Source of the DNA: an uncultured Planctomycetaceae bacterium | Lineage (GTDB): Bacteria > Planctomycetota > Planctomycetia > Isosphaerales > Isosphaeraceae | Length of the DNA: 64,000 nt | Assembly (NCBI GenBank): GCA_963833985.1 | Contig: CAWIAD010000002.1 | Location: 1,696,001-1,760,000 of the forward strand | Reading direction: 5' to 3' | Part shown: positions 54,188 to 63,878 of the stretch, in pieces | Layout of the letters: every line of letters starts with the position of its first letter | Position numbering within the stretch: position 1 is the first letter of the stretch | Position numbers and translations under genes: made by a program | The notes under the pieces: generated by a model | What the model was told of the DNA's origin: nothing | What the model saw: the letters and a program-made list of their open reading frames with translations, nothing else | Databases searched by the model: none

Positions 54188-54625
54188 TCACCGACACCGT
54201 GCCATCGCTTCGTCTAGGGACTCTCCAATCTTGTCCGGCGGTGACAAGAGGGGTAATTCAACGGTCTGCTCTGGCAATGCCTCAAACCCTTCTCTTGGGC
54301 CGAGGTTCCTAGTAGGCACGACCTTCAACCGACCGCCTTCGGCTTCAAGGTCGAGGCTCTTCGCACCTTTCGTGAACGTGGACCACGCCTTCACGCCTGC
54401 TATTTCCAGCAGGGGAGCCAAAAGTCCACTCCAGTTCGTGGGGTGTGGAACACCCTCCTCCGACGCGTTCAGGGTCTCCATCGCAGCCTCGCCCTTCGAG
54501 GTAGGTGAGCCGTCCGGCTCGACTCGCAAGAAAGGAGAAGTTGCGATCCACACACCAGCATTTGTTCTAGACTGTGAGTGAAAGTACAGAACGCCCTTCC
54601 GGCTGAATAGCGCCGCACTCTTCAT
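54188..54625 (-). CDS. cdiI: CdiI-like immunity protein (DUF1436 / EC869-o11 type)
   Basis: About 145 aa ending IGESLDEAMARCR; GVKAWSTFTKGAK; ATG overlaps a toxin-like stop (TGATG). Confidence 0.7.
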   Translation of the reverse strand: MKSAALFSRKGVLYFHSQSRTNAGVWIATSPFLRVEPDGSPTSKGEAAMETLNASEEGVPHPTNWSGLLAPLLEIAGVKAWSTFTKGAKSLDLEAEGGRLKVVPTRNLGPREGFEALPEQTVELPLLSPPDKIGESLDEAMARCR

Positions 54626-54738
54626 CACTTGACCTCCTGAATGGTCACGGTCACGCCCCTCTGACTCCCGTATTCAATGAGCCGCTGAAGGGCTGCCTGT
54701 TGTTCGGCGGACGCCGCACCAGGAGGCACCGCCAGCTC
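54625..54738 (-). pseudogene. C-terminal 37-codon fragment of a polymorphic toxin (CdiA-CT EC869-like nuclease)
   Basis: Manual translation ELAVPPGAASAEQQAALQRLIEYGSQRGVTVTIQEVK*, coupled to the immunity gene. Confidence 0.65.
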
Positions 54739-54739
54739 T

Positions 54740-54816
54740 GGGGACCCAAACGGGGACGGGGGACCGAAACGGGTACGCGGCTAGAATCGAGTACTAATCG
54801 CGTCCCCGTTTCGGTC
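54740..54816. repeat. 19-bp tandem duplication plus imperfect inverted repeat
   Basis: GGGGACCCAAACGGGGACG / GGGGACCGAAACGGGTACG; arm 54762-54784 pairs with 54794-54816. Confidence 0.85.
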
Positions 54817-55030
54817 TCTCTGTCGCTGAGCAGATACGATCTCTCGGGCGGCTCCCGCAACGGCCCCGATGATACCTCCGACACAGGCGAGGAAGATGAT
54901 GACGAGGATATCGGTGGAGTGGCGGTCTGGCTGGATCAGGACGAGCAGGACTCCTGCCAAAAGAGCGCTCGTGAGCAGGGACACGCCTTAGATACGTGCG
55001 ATCACTGCCATAGCAGCCCCCAATCGACCG
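54781..55030 (-). pseudogene. Small membrane-protein fragment with an in-frame TAA, running into the hairpin
   Basis: AAMAVIARI*GVSLLTSALLAGVLLVLIQ...ILVIIFLACVGGIIGAVAGAA. Confidence 0.4.
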
Positions 55031-55420
55031 ACCGGGCAGATAACTTTACGCTGCAAAGTAAACAATGTAGCGGCCGCTACGTGCTCGGTCAAGGGGCTTG
55101 CCCGAGGGCGTTCTCGCCATCGCCGATCCCACCGCGGGGCACCCGGACCTTCCGAGGCTCGACGAATAAAACCGGATGAGAACGGGCTCGACCGGGTGAT
55201 CAACGGGTAGAGCAAACCAAACGGAACGACATAGATTCGGAAGCGGCTGGGTGTCTCGGGAACACTGGTTCCATGTCACGAACGGCGCGAACCGGTCGGG
55301 GCGGGAATGGATCGATCACGTTCTCATCCCGAAGAACGGGTGTCTGCGGAAGGGAGAAGTGGACGCAACGGAAATTAATCGATGATGACCCGTTTTCCTC
55401 GTTCGTTTTCCTCGTTCCCT

Positions 55421-55739
55421 AGGGCGAGGAGCACCTGTGGACCTTCCCCCGGGTACGGGGGATCGAGCCGACGAACAACGCGGCGGAGCGGGCCTTGCGT
55501 AACGCAGTGTTGTGGAGGAAGATGAGTGGCGGGACGGCGAGCGAACGGGGCAGCCGTTTCGTCGAGCGCATCCTGAGCGTGGTGGCGACGCGTCGCCAGC
55601 AGGGCCGCAACGTCTTGGAATTCCTGACCGAGTGTTTCCGCGCCCGCCTCGCGGGTGCCCCCTCGCCTACGCTGCTGGTGTCTAATGGACGACTCATGTC
55701 GCCCTGATCTGACCGGGAATGAAATCAGTGAGCGGCTGC
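55421..55739 (+). mobile_element. IS66-family remnant (3' transposase fragment)
   Basis: HLWTF...GIEPTNNAAERALRNAVLWRK.SGGT.SERGSRFVERILSV, with a degenerate right end GTGAGCGGCTGC. Confidence 0.88.
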
Positions 55740-55796
55740 CCCGGCTGTTCGGCGGGTCGTCTGCGGACGTGGCGTCGAATTCCGGGAGTCAACACG

Positions 55797-56300
55797 ATGG
55801 GAGCCGGCCCATATCTCTATGTGGTGAGCTATCGCCCGCGGCCTGATGTGCTCTTCCCGGAGTTGCTCGAGCCGGAATTTTGCATCAGGACCGCGCTGGA
55901 CGACCTCAGGTGCTGGGTTTTCCTGGCGGGCAAGTATCAGCCGCCCCATCCATACAAGTGGGTAACAGATCTTTCTCGCCCACCGGAGGTCAGCTTCGAG
56001 ATTTCCAAGATCAGGGAAGGGCTGGCGGTCATCAAGGAAGAACTGATCGGATCGAATGACGGCACCCGCTCGATCCTGGATCTCGACCATGTTGCAGAGG
56101 CGCCAGGATTCAACGCTGTTGGCCCCTTGCCCGACGCGACCCTTGTGAGGCTGTACGGCACCACCGAGCCGACCCGAGAGATGGTCCTGGCAGACACGAG
56201 CTTCTTCTCGGAACTCGACCGCGGCCATGGGGCCTATATTGTGCTCTACAAGGAGGGAGAGGCCAATGAGATCCTCTTCGCGGGCTACTCATATGACTGA
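55797..56300 (+). CDS. Hypothetical protein
   Basis: GGAG RBS before the ATG; protein-like sequence with GTRSILD and C-terminal FAGYSYD. Confidence 0.7.
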   Translation: MGAGPYLYVVSYRPRPDVLFPELLEPEFCIRTALDDLRCWVFLAGKYQPPHPYKWVTDLSRPPEVSFEISKIREGLAVIKEELIGSNDGTRSILDLDHVAEAPGFNAVGPLPDATLVRLYGTTEPTREMVLADTSFFSELDRGHGAYIVLYKEGEANEILFAGYSYD

Positions 56301-56505
56301 TGAAGAGCCTGGCGAGACCTCGGTACACCGGGAGCATCAGCTGCGACAGCCGTGAACGGCTACCAGGCAATGGCTCTGTCCGGACCACGGTCGTCACTGT
56401 TGCGAGGCCCTTCGGCGCCGCTACCATGGGGGTGATCGCGAGCGCCTCTGGCCGGAGAACGCCCGCAGGTCGCCCCAGGGCAGTCAACCATGGAAAGCTG
56501 AGAAC

Positions 56506-57444
56506 ATGCCGCTCGACCGTGACCAGACAGCCCGGCGCCGGGGTGCGATTCTCGGGCTGGCGATCGGTGATGCCCTGGGCGCGGCGGTCGAGTTCCAGCC
56601 GCCGGGCTCGTTCCCCGAGGTCACGGGGTTCCGCGCGGGGGGACCGCACGGGCTGAACCCCGGCGAGTGGACCGACGATACCAGCATGGCGCTGGCACTG
56701 GCCGACAGCATCGCCGAGGTGGGCTGGGACCTGAACGACCAGATGAACCGCTATGTCTCGTGGTGGCGCACCGGCACCTATTCCGTGAACGGGCGTGCCT
56801 TTGATATCGGCATCGCCACGCAGCGTGCCCTGGGGAACTACGCGGCCAATCAAGACCCATACTCCTCGGGCGACCCCTCCAGCCGAGCCAGCGGCAACGG
56901 CTCGATCATGCGGCTGGCGCCGGTGCCCGTGGCTTACTGCCGGCTCTTTCCCGATCAGCTTGACTCGTTCGTCGAGCGCCTTGTCGAGTCGAGCCGGCCC
57001 ACCCATGCCAGCCCCCAGTGCCTCTCGACCTGTGCCTATTTCGGGGTGGTCCTCGCGGGGCTGATCCACGGGCTGCCGCGCGAGCAGGTACTCGACCCAC
57101 GATGGGAGCCCGCGCGTCAGGCTCATCAGCGATTCTCCTTTCATCCCGAGGTCCTCGAGGTTGCGCAGGGAAGCTTTCGCGAGCGGCAGCCGCCCCAGAT
57201 TCGCGGCTCGGGCTACGTGGTGCGATCGCTCGAAGCGGCGCTCTGGGCGTTCCACGATGCGAGCGATTTCCGCGAGGCCGTGCTCCGCGCCGTGAACCTG
57301 GGCGATGACGCCGATACGACGGGCGCCGTGTGCGGCCAGCTTGCCGGTGCTTTCTTTGGCGAGCCGGGCATCCCGCAGGAATGGTGCGAGGGGCTGGCCG
57401 GCAAGGAGCTGATCGAGCCGATCCTGGAGCGGTTGCTTAAATGA
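56506..57444 (+). CDS. ADP-ribosylglycohydrolase (DraG/ARH family)
   Basis: GLAIGDALGAAVEF, WTDDT, GNGSIMR, PTH and AVNLGDDADTTGAV. Confidence 0.93.
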   Translation: MPLDRDQTARRRGAILGLAIGDALGAAVEFQPPGSFPEVTGFRAGGPHGLNPGEWTDDTSMALALADSIAEVGWDLNDQMNRYVSWWRTGTYSVNGRAFDIGIATQRALGNYAANQDPYSSGDPSSRASGNGSIMRLAPVPVAYCRLFPDQLDSFVERLVESSRPTHASPQCLSTCAYFGVVLAGLIHGLPREQVLDPRWEPARQAHQRFSFHPEVLEVAQGSFRERQPPQIRGSGYVVRSLEAALWAFHDASDFREAVLRAVNLGDDADTTGAVCGQLAGAFFGEPGIPQEWCEGLAGKELIEPILERLLK

Positions 57445-57702
57445 GCGCGCGACGCCCGATCCGGCAGCCAGTCCGGTCTGGTACGCCGGTCTGGCGAGAG
57501 CCGTCGCCACCCGACACTGTTCCTTCAGCAAGAATCTGAACAGTTCATAAAAATTTCTCTGGCACATCCAGAACTGCGTTGCTAGCTTCGAGAACGCACG
57601 TTTTCGGAAGGGTGACTCCAGGCACGAGGCATGGAGCAGTGAACGCCAATCAGGCTCAATACCGTTGAAATCGTGATAAGTCGAGTGTAAGCAGAGATTT
57701 GT

Positions 57703-57834
57703 TCCTCGTTCTCACGCCCCGCGTGGGAATGCCGTGTTCGACGCTTCGCGTCGATCGGGTCCGTGCTGAGGCTGGAAAATCCAAGGGAGGCAGAGCGTCC
57801 TGACCGGTGTTTCCACGCGGAGCGTGGGAACAGG
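57703..57834. repeat. REPIN-like element: inverted REP pair around an inner hairpin
   Basis: CCTCGTTCTCACGCCCCGCGTGGGAATGC ... GACGCTTCGCGTC ... GGCAGAGCGTC ... GTTTCCACGCGGAGCGTGGGAACAGG. Confidence 0.75.
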
Positions 57835-58088
57835 TCTGCCGCAAATCTCTTATCGCCTACTAGTTAACGCTATTTCAATCGTATTGCATTCAGACCCGAG
57901 CACCAGGGAACAACACGACCGCATCTGCTGAAGCCTGCCAGCGCCGACGAGCATGTCCGCCGTACGCCAGTTGCTGGCGCATCGACCGTGCGCAGGTTTG
58001 ACTTCGGGGTGTGACAAGGGAATGCGGATAAGAAGGCTGGACCACCCGCCGCGCCCCTGCCGCGCGATGCATCTGAAAGGACTCCCGC

Positions 58089-61000
58089 ATGACACGCCGC
58101 TTGCGACACCTGTGCCCTTCATCGATTGCCGCCCGGCCATCCCGTGGCAGAGAGCAGAACCGGTCGCGCAGGCGGCTGGCCCGCCACTGGCAAACGGAGC
58201 CGCTCGAAGAGCGCGTGATGCTGTCGATGACCTTCACCGTGACCAGTACGCTGGACGACGGCAGCACCGGCTCATTGCGGTGGGCGATCGAGCAAGTCAA
58301 CGCCGACCGCGGCAAGCAGGTGGACACGATCGACTTCAATATTCCAGGGACCGGGCCGTTCACGATCACCCCGACCTCCGCGCTGCCCGCCGTCACCCAC
58401 CCGGTGCTGATCAACGGCTACAGCCAGCCGGGTTCAAGCCCGAATACGCAGTCGAGCAGCGACGATGCGGTGCTCATGATCGAGCTCGACGGCGCGAGCG
58501 CGGGGTACACGAGCGGCCTGGAGATCGCCGCGGGCCAGAGCACCGTCGAGGGCCTGGCGATCGGCCAGTTCGCCAAGGAGGGAATTCGCCTCTACGGCGG
58601 GGGCGGCGACCTGGTCACCGGCAACTTCCTGGGGACCGATGTCACCGGGATGACGGGCCTGCCGAATGCCGGCTCCGGGGTGCTCATCGACGGCTCGAAC
58701 AGCGATGTCATCGGCGGCACGGCTCCGGCTGCCCGGAACATCGTCTCGGGAAACACGAATCAGAACGTGTACTTCATCAACGGTTCGTCCGCGGGGCTGG
58801 TGCAGGGGAACTTCGTGGGTCTTACGGCCAGCGGCACGAGCACGCTTACCGACTATGGCAACGGCGTGAGCGTCTTCGACGCATCGGGCGTGACGGTCGG
58901 CGGCACGGCCGCCGGCGCGGGGAATGTGATCAGCGGGCATGCCTTTGATGGGGTGGTCCTCGACCAGGCGAGCGGCAGCGTGGTGCAGGGGAACCTGATC
59001 GGCACCGATTCCACGGGTACCCTGCCGCTGGGGAACGCGGCCGGAGTGTTGCTGGGCTTCAGCTTCGCCGCCGGCAACACGATCGGCGGGACTGCTGCCG
59101 GCGCGGGGAACCTGATCTCGGGCAACCTGGGCGATGGGATCCTGGTCGAGCCCACTCTCGGTTCCGGCAACACGATCCAGGGGAACCTGATCGGTACCGA
59201 CATCAGTGGCGCCGTGGCCTTGCCCAACAGCGGCAACGGCGTGGAGATCCAGGCATCGGGGATTGTGTTGGGAGGGATCGGGGCAGGGGCCGGTAATGTG
59301 ATCTCGGGGAACGGCGGCAATGGCGTTCTGATCGATGCCAGCTACAATTTCGGCGCCGCGGCAGATGACAACGCGGTGCAGGGGAACCTGATCGGCACCG
59401 ACGCCACGGGGCTGGGCCCGCTCGGGAACGCGCAAAGCGGTGTGGCTCTGTACGGAGATTACTACGGAGCATCGGGGAACACCATTGGCGGCACGGCGAC
59501 CGGGGCGGGCAATATCATCGCGTATAACGGCACGAATGGCGTGACCGTTGGGGCTTACTCCTCCGACAGCGCGGCCGTCGATGACTCGGTCCTCTCCAAT
59601 GCCATCTTCGCGAATGTCAACCTCGGCATCGATCTGGGCAACGACGGCGTGACGCCCAACAATTCGGGTCCCTTCGGTCCCAACCAGCTCCAGAACTACC
59701 CCACGAACCTGATCGCCGTCAGCTTTGCCACCAATGCGGTGGTGAAGGGCACGCTCACCGCGGCGCCCGGTTCGACCTACGCGGTCCAGCTCTACGGCAA
59801 CATCACTCCGGACCCGTTGGGGTTCGGCCAGGGGCAGTCTCTGCTGGCCTCCTTCCCGGTCGTGACCGACTTCACGGGCACCGCGATCTTCGTGGAGTCG
59901 CTGAGCGCTCTTCCCGCGGGAGTGAAATTCATCTCGTCCACCGCGACCGACTCTCAGGGCAATACCTCCGAGTTCTCGGCGGATGCGGCTCTGACCAGCT
60001 CCACCACGCCAATCGCCGCGGGCAACGATACGTACTACACCGACCGGAACACGCCGCTGAGCGTGCCGGCGCCGGGGGTTCAGGCCAACGACATAGCCGC
60101 GGACCTGGGGTCGTTCCACTCGGTCGTGGTCACGAACCCGACGCATGGCAGCCTGAGCCTGAACGCGGACGGTTCCTTTTCATACACGCCGAAGAACGGC
60201 TTCACCGGCACAGACACGTTCACGTACAAGGATGTGGAAGGGGCGAACACCTCGAACATCGCCACGGTGACGATCAACGTGCTGCCGAAAATCTTCGTGG
60301 TGACCAACACCAACGACGCCGGCTCAGGTTCGTTGCGCAATGCCATGTTCCTGGCCAGCCAGTCGAACTCTCCGGGCACAGACACCATCAAGTTCAAAAT
60401 TCCTGGCACCGGGCCGTTTGTGATCAGCCCGCTCTCCGTCCTGCCCACACTGAACCACCCCACGATCATCGACGGCTACACGCAGCCGGGAGCCAGTTAC
60501 AACACGCTGTCCCAGGGCGACAATGCCGTCATCCTGATCCAGCTTGACGGGCTCAGCGTGCCAGGCAGCGACGGCGTGACGCTCGCCTCCGGAGGCAGCA
60601 CGGTGCGCGGGCTGGCGATCGGCGGGTTCGCCAATGGCATCACGTTGACCGGCGGAGGCGGCGATACGATCACGGGCGACTTCATCGGGACCGATCGCAC
60701 CGGCATGTTGTTCCTGGCCAATTCCACGGGTCTGGACATCGTCAATGCAGGGAACAATATCGTCGGAGGGACAACTCCCAGAACGCGCAACGTGATCTCG
60801 GGCAACAACAATGGCGGCATCAACATCGATGACGGCTCGGCGGGTAATCGGATTTTCGGCAACGAGATCGGCACGGACGCGACCGGTCTGGGTCCTCTGA
60901 GCAATTACTACGGCATCTCGCTGTCCGCGGCTCCCGGCACGATCATTGGCAGCCGCACGGCGGGCGCCGGGAACGTGATCTCGGGCAACTACTACGGGAT

Positions 61001-62210
61001 CCTGGGCGGTTTCAACTACAGTCTCGGTCAGGGGCCGGACAACACCACGATCCAGGGAAACCTGATCGGCACCGACGCGACAGGGCTCGCTCCGCTCGGC
61101 AACTTCTATGAAGGTGTGTATTTTTACGGCGGCCTCAATGTGAACATCGGCGGCTCACTCTCGGGCGTCGGCAACGTCATCTCCGCGACTCTCTACGGCG
61201 ACGGCGTGTATATCGATACGGACGGCGTGGTGGTTCAAGGGAACCTGATCGGCACGGACAGTGCCGGCACGACGGCCCTGCCCAACGGCGGTGATGGTGT
61301 GGACGTCTACTTCGCCAGCGGAGTGACGATCGGCGGGACGGCCAAAGGCGCCCGCAATGTGATCTCGGGCAACAGCGGGTCCGGAGTCTACCTCGAAGGG
61401 AGCGACAATGTCGTTCAGAACAACCTGATCGGTACGGACATCACGGGCACGGTACGCCTGGGCAACGGCTCCGACGGTGTGACGATCTCGAGTTTTTACT
61501 CGTTCTACCCGGCCGCCGGCAACACCGTAGGCGGCACTGCCTCCGGAACTGGCAATGTCATCGCCTACAACGGGGGCGCCGGGGTCACCGTTCTGGACCC
61601 GAACAACACGGGTCTGAACGTCGGCAACGCGATTCTGTCGAACCAGATCTTCGGCAACGCCGCCCTCGGCATCGACCTCGGCGGCGACGGTGTGACACCG
61701 AACCATCCCGGGGGCTTGATCCCCGGCCCCAACGGCTTTCAGAACTACCCGGTGCTTTCCTCGGCGGTGAGCAGCTCGCACAAAACCACGGTCACGGGCA
61801 CGCTCAACGGCGACGCGAGCACGACCTACACGGTCCAGTTCTTCGCGAACGCCACCGCGGACCCTTCCGGTTACGGGCAAGGCCAGACATACCTTGGCAA
61901 GATCACCGTGACCACCGACGCCAGCGGCAACGCCAGCTTCACGGCGAACCTCTCGGTGGGCGTCGCGCCGGGGCAGTTCCTGACCGCCACGGCCACCGAT
62001 CCGGCCGGCAACACGTCGGAGTTCGCCCAGGATCTCGTCGTCACGGCCACGCTCAGTCTTGGCGGGGCGGTCCAGCCGGCCGCCGGCTCCGGTACCGCAG
62101 ACGCGCTCGACGAGGCGCTTCAATCGTTTTCCATGGGAGTGATCGACGAGGCGACCATCTCCGCCATGGCCGGCGTCATCGTGCACAGCAAATCCAAGCC
62201 GGCAAGGTGA
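58089..62210 (+). CDS. Large secreted parallel beta-helix protein with two duplicated modules and a central cadherin/Ig-like domain
   Basis: Planctomycete export motif TEPLEERVMLS, many GNLIGTD and GN.ISGN repeats, a NDTY...PTHGSLSLNADGSFSYTP domain, and TATD..GNTSEF twice. Confidence 0.85.
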   Translation: MTRRLRHLCPSSIAARPSRGREQNRSRRRLARHWQTEPLEERVMLSMTFTVTSTLDDGSTGSLRWAIEQVNADRGKQVDTIDFNIPGTGPFTITPTSALPAVTHPVLINGYSQPGSSPNTQSSSDDAVLMIELDGASAGYTSGLEIAAGQSTVEGLAIGQFAKEGIRLYGGGGDLVTGNFLGTDVTGMTGLPNAGSGVLIDGSNSDVIGGTAPAARNIVSGNTNQNVYFINGSSAGLVQGNFVGLTASGTSTLTDYGNGVSVFDASGVTVGGTAAGAGNVISGHAFDGVVLDQASGSVVQGNLIGTDSTGTLPLGNAAGVLLGFSFAAGNTIGGTAAGAGNLISGNLGDGILVEPTLGSGNTIQGNLIGTDISGAVALPNSGNGVEIQASGIVLGGIGAGAGNVISGNGGNGVLIDASYNFGAAADDNAVQGNLIGTDATGLGPLGNAQSGVALYGDYYGASGNTIGGTATGAGNIIAYNGTNGVTVGAYSSDSAAVDDSVLSNAIFANVNLGIDLGNDGVTPNNSGPFGPNQLQNYPTNLIAVSFATNAVVKGTLTAAPGSTYAVQLYGNITPDPLGFGQGQSLLASFPVVTDFTGTAIFVESLSALPAGVKFISSTATDSQGNTSEFSADAALTSSTTPIAAGNDTYYTDRNTPLSVPAPGVQANDIAADLGSFHSVVVTNPTHGSLSLNADGSFSYTPKNGFTGTDTFTYKDVEGANTSNIATVTINVLPKIFVVTNTNDAGSGSLRNAMFLASQSNSPGTDTIKFKIPGTGPFVISPLSVLPTLNHPTIIDGYTQPGASYNTLSQGDNAVILIQLDGLSVPGSDGVTLASGGSTVRGLAIGGFANGITLTGGGGDTITGDFIGTDRTGMLFLANSTGLDIVNAGNNIVGGTTPRTRNVISGNNNGGINIDDGSAGNRIFGNEIGTDATGLGPLSNYYGISLSAAPGTIIGSRTAGAGNVISGNYYGILGGFNYSLGQGPDNTTIQGNLIGTDATGLAPLGNFYEGVYFYGGLNVNIGGSLSGVGNVISATLYGDGVYIDTDGVVVQGNLIGTDSAGTTALPNGGDGVDVYFASGVTIGGTAKGARNVISGNSGSGVYLEGSDNVVQNNLIGTDITGTVRLGNGSDGVTISSFYSFYPAAGNTVGGTASGTGNVIAYNGGAGVTVLDPNNTGLNVGNAILSNQIFGNAALGIDLGGDGVTPNHPGGLIPGPNGFQNYPVLSSAVSSSHKTTVTGTLNGDASTTYTVQFFANATADPSGYGQGQTYLGKITVTTDASGNASFTANLSVGVAPGQFLTATATDPAGNTSEFAQDLVVTATLSLGGAVQPAAGSGTADALDEALQSFSMGVIDEATISAMAGVIVHSKSKPAR

Positions 62211-62318
62211 GAATCAGAACCGTACCGGAACACTGCCGCGCCGGGTACGTGCCCGGACCGACCTCCATTCCCTTCAACGCAGGCGTTCTTTGATCATCCA
62301 AAGGATATTCATAGGATC

Positions 62319-63878
62319 ATGATCATGTATCATCAACATTCTCGGCCGTCGGTTGCGTTCACTTGCCGGACTCTCGTGCTCATCCTGGGCCTGGCCCAGT
62401 GCGCCGGCAGCCAGGCCAGGGCCCAGGCCTGGCCGGGATACGCGGGCGGCGCCCAGCACTCGGCCCAGAGCCGGGTGGCCTCGCAGTTCCCGCAGGCGAT
62501 TCTCTGGTCGACATCGGTCGATCTGCAATCCACCGCGCCGTTCGGCTACCTGAGCATCCACTACGGCAGCCCGGTGATCACCGCCAGGAACACGGTGATC
62601 GTGCCGGTGAAGACCGGCCAGAACGGCGGCTTCCGGATGGAGGGGCACAGCGGCAGCGACGGCACGCTGCTCTGGCAGCTCGACAGCGATTACCAGCTAC
62701 CGCCCAGCTACGACTGGATCTTGCCCTTTCAAATCGTCCTCGCGGGCAACACCGCGGTCATGGCCGGCAATGGAGGCACGCTCATCGTACGGTCGCATCC
62801 GGACTCCCCCACCGGGACGGTGACCCGCCTGGCCTTCTTCGGTATCGCCAATTACAACGCCAACCCCGACGCCTACAACTCCAGCGTGCAGATCATCACG
62901 CCCATCACCAGCGACCCGCATGGGAACCTGTTCTTTGGGTACCTGGCGACCAACGCGCCGGGAGGGCTGCAAAGCGGCCTGGCGCGCATTGACCGCAACG
63001 GCAACGGCATCTGGACCAGTGCCGCACAGGCGTCGGGCGATCCCACGATGCAGAAAGTGGCGTACAACTGCGGGCCGGCCATCAGCCACGACGGCACGAA
63101 GGTCTATGTCGCCGTGAACAACGTGAACAGCTTCGCGTTCGGCGCCGCCGGCAACCTGGTGGCGCTGAATAGCCAGACGCTGGCCCCGATCGCGTCGGTC
63201 CGGCTCAAGGACGTGGCCAGCGGGCAGGACGCGTTATTCGCCGACGACTCGACCTCCTCGCCGACGGTTGGTCCCGACGGCGACGTTTACTACGGCACGC
63301 TGGAGAACCCGTTCCCGGCCACGCACGACCGCGGCTGGCTGTTCCATTACGACGCCAACCTGGCCACGGCGAAGACCCCGGGCGCGTTCGGCTGGGACAT
63401 CACGGCCTCGGTCGTGCCCCGGCACGCGGTGCCGTCGTACAAGGGCAAGTCCGGCTACCTGCTTTTGACCAAGTACAACAACTACGCCGAGATTGGCGGC
63501 GATGGCGTGAACCGGCTGGCGGTTCAGGACCCCCACGACACCATGATCGACCCCATCTCCGGCGCGACCGTGATGAAGACCATCCTGACCATCGTCGGTC
63601 CCACGCCGGACCAGTCGCTCCGGAATGCAGGCTTTCCCAACGCCGTGCGCGAATGGTGCATCAATACCGCGGCCATCGACGCCGCCAACAAGCGCGCGAT
63701 CGTCAACAGCGAGGATGGCAACCTTTACATCTGGGACTTCACGACCAACAGTCTGACGGCCCAGATCAACCTCAGCACCGGCATCGGCGAGCCGTACACA
63801 CCGACGCTCATCGGCCCGGATGGCAAAGTTTATGGCATCAACGCATCGACGCTTTTCGCCTGCGGTCTGAACCCGTGA
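62319..63878 (+). CDS. Secreted hypothetical protein, probable beta-propeller
   Basis: Signal peptide ending ARAQA; W.GY.G..QH, YGSPVIT, GTLLWQ, SSPTVGPDGDVY and YTPTLIGPDGKVY. Confidence 0.7.
   Translation: MIMYHQHSRPSVAFTCRTLVLILGLAQCAGSQARAQAWPGYAGGAQHSAQSRVASQFPQAILWSTSVDLQSTAPFGYLSIHYGSPVITARNTVIVPVKTGQNGGFRMEGHSGSDGTLLWQLDSDYQLPPSYDWILPFQIVLAGNTAVMAGNGGTLIVRSHPDSPTGTVTRLAFFGIANYNANPDAYNSSVQIITPITSDPHGNLFFGYLATNAPGGLQSGLARIDRNGNGIWTSAAQASGDPTMQKVAYNCGPAISHDGTKVYVAVNNVNSFAFGAAGNLVALNSQTLAPIASVRLKDVASGQDALFADDSTSSPTVGPDGDVYYGTLENPFPATHDRGWLFHYDANLATAKTPGAFGWDITASVVPRHAVPSYKGKSGYLLLTKYNNYAEIGGDGVNRLAVQDPHDTMIDPISGATVMKTILTIVGPTPDQSLRNAGFPNAVREWCINTAAIDAANKRAIVNSEDGNLYIWDFTTNSLTAQINLSTGIGEPYTPTLIGPDGKVYGINASTLFACGLNP

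Noticed and set aside
52099..57850. Intact prophage, ICE or classical integron
   Set aside because: No integrase, structural or conjugation genes, no duplicated tRNA 3' end and no canonical attC series in the window.
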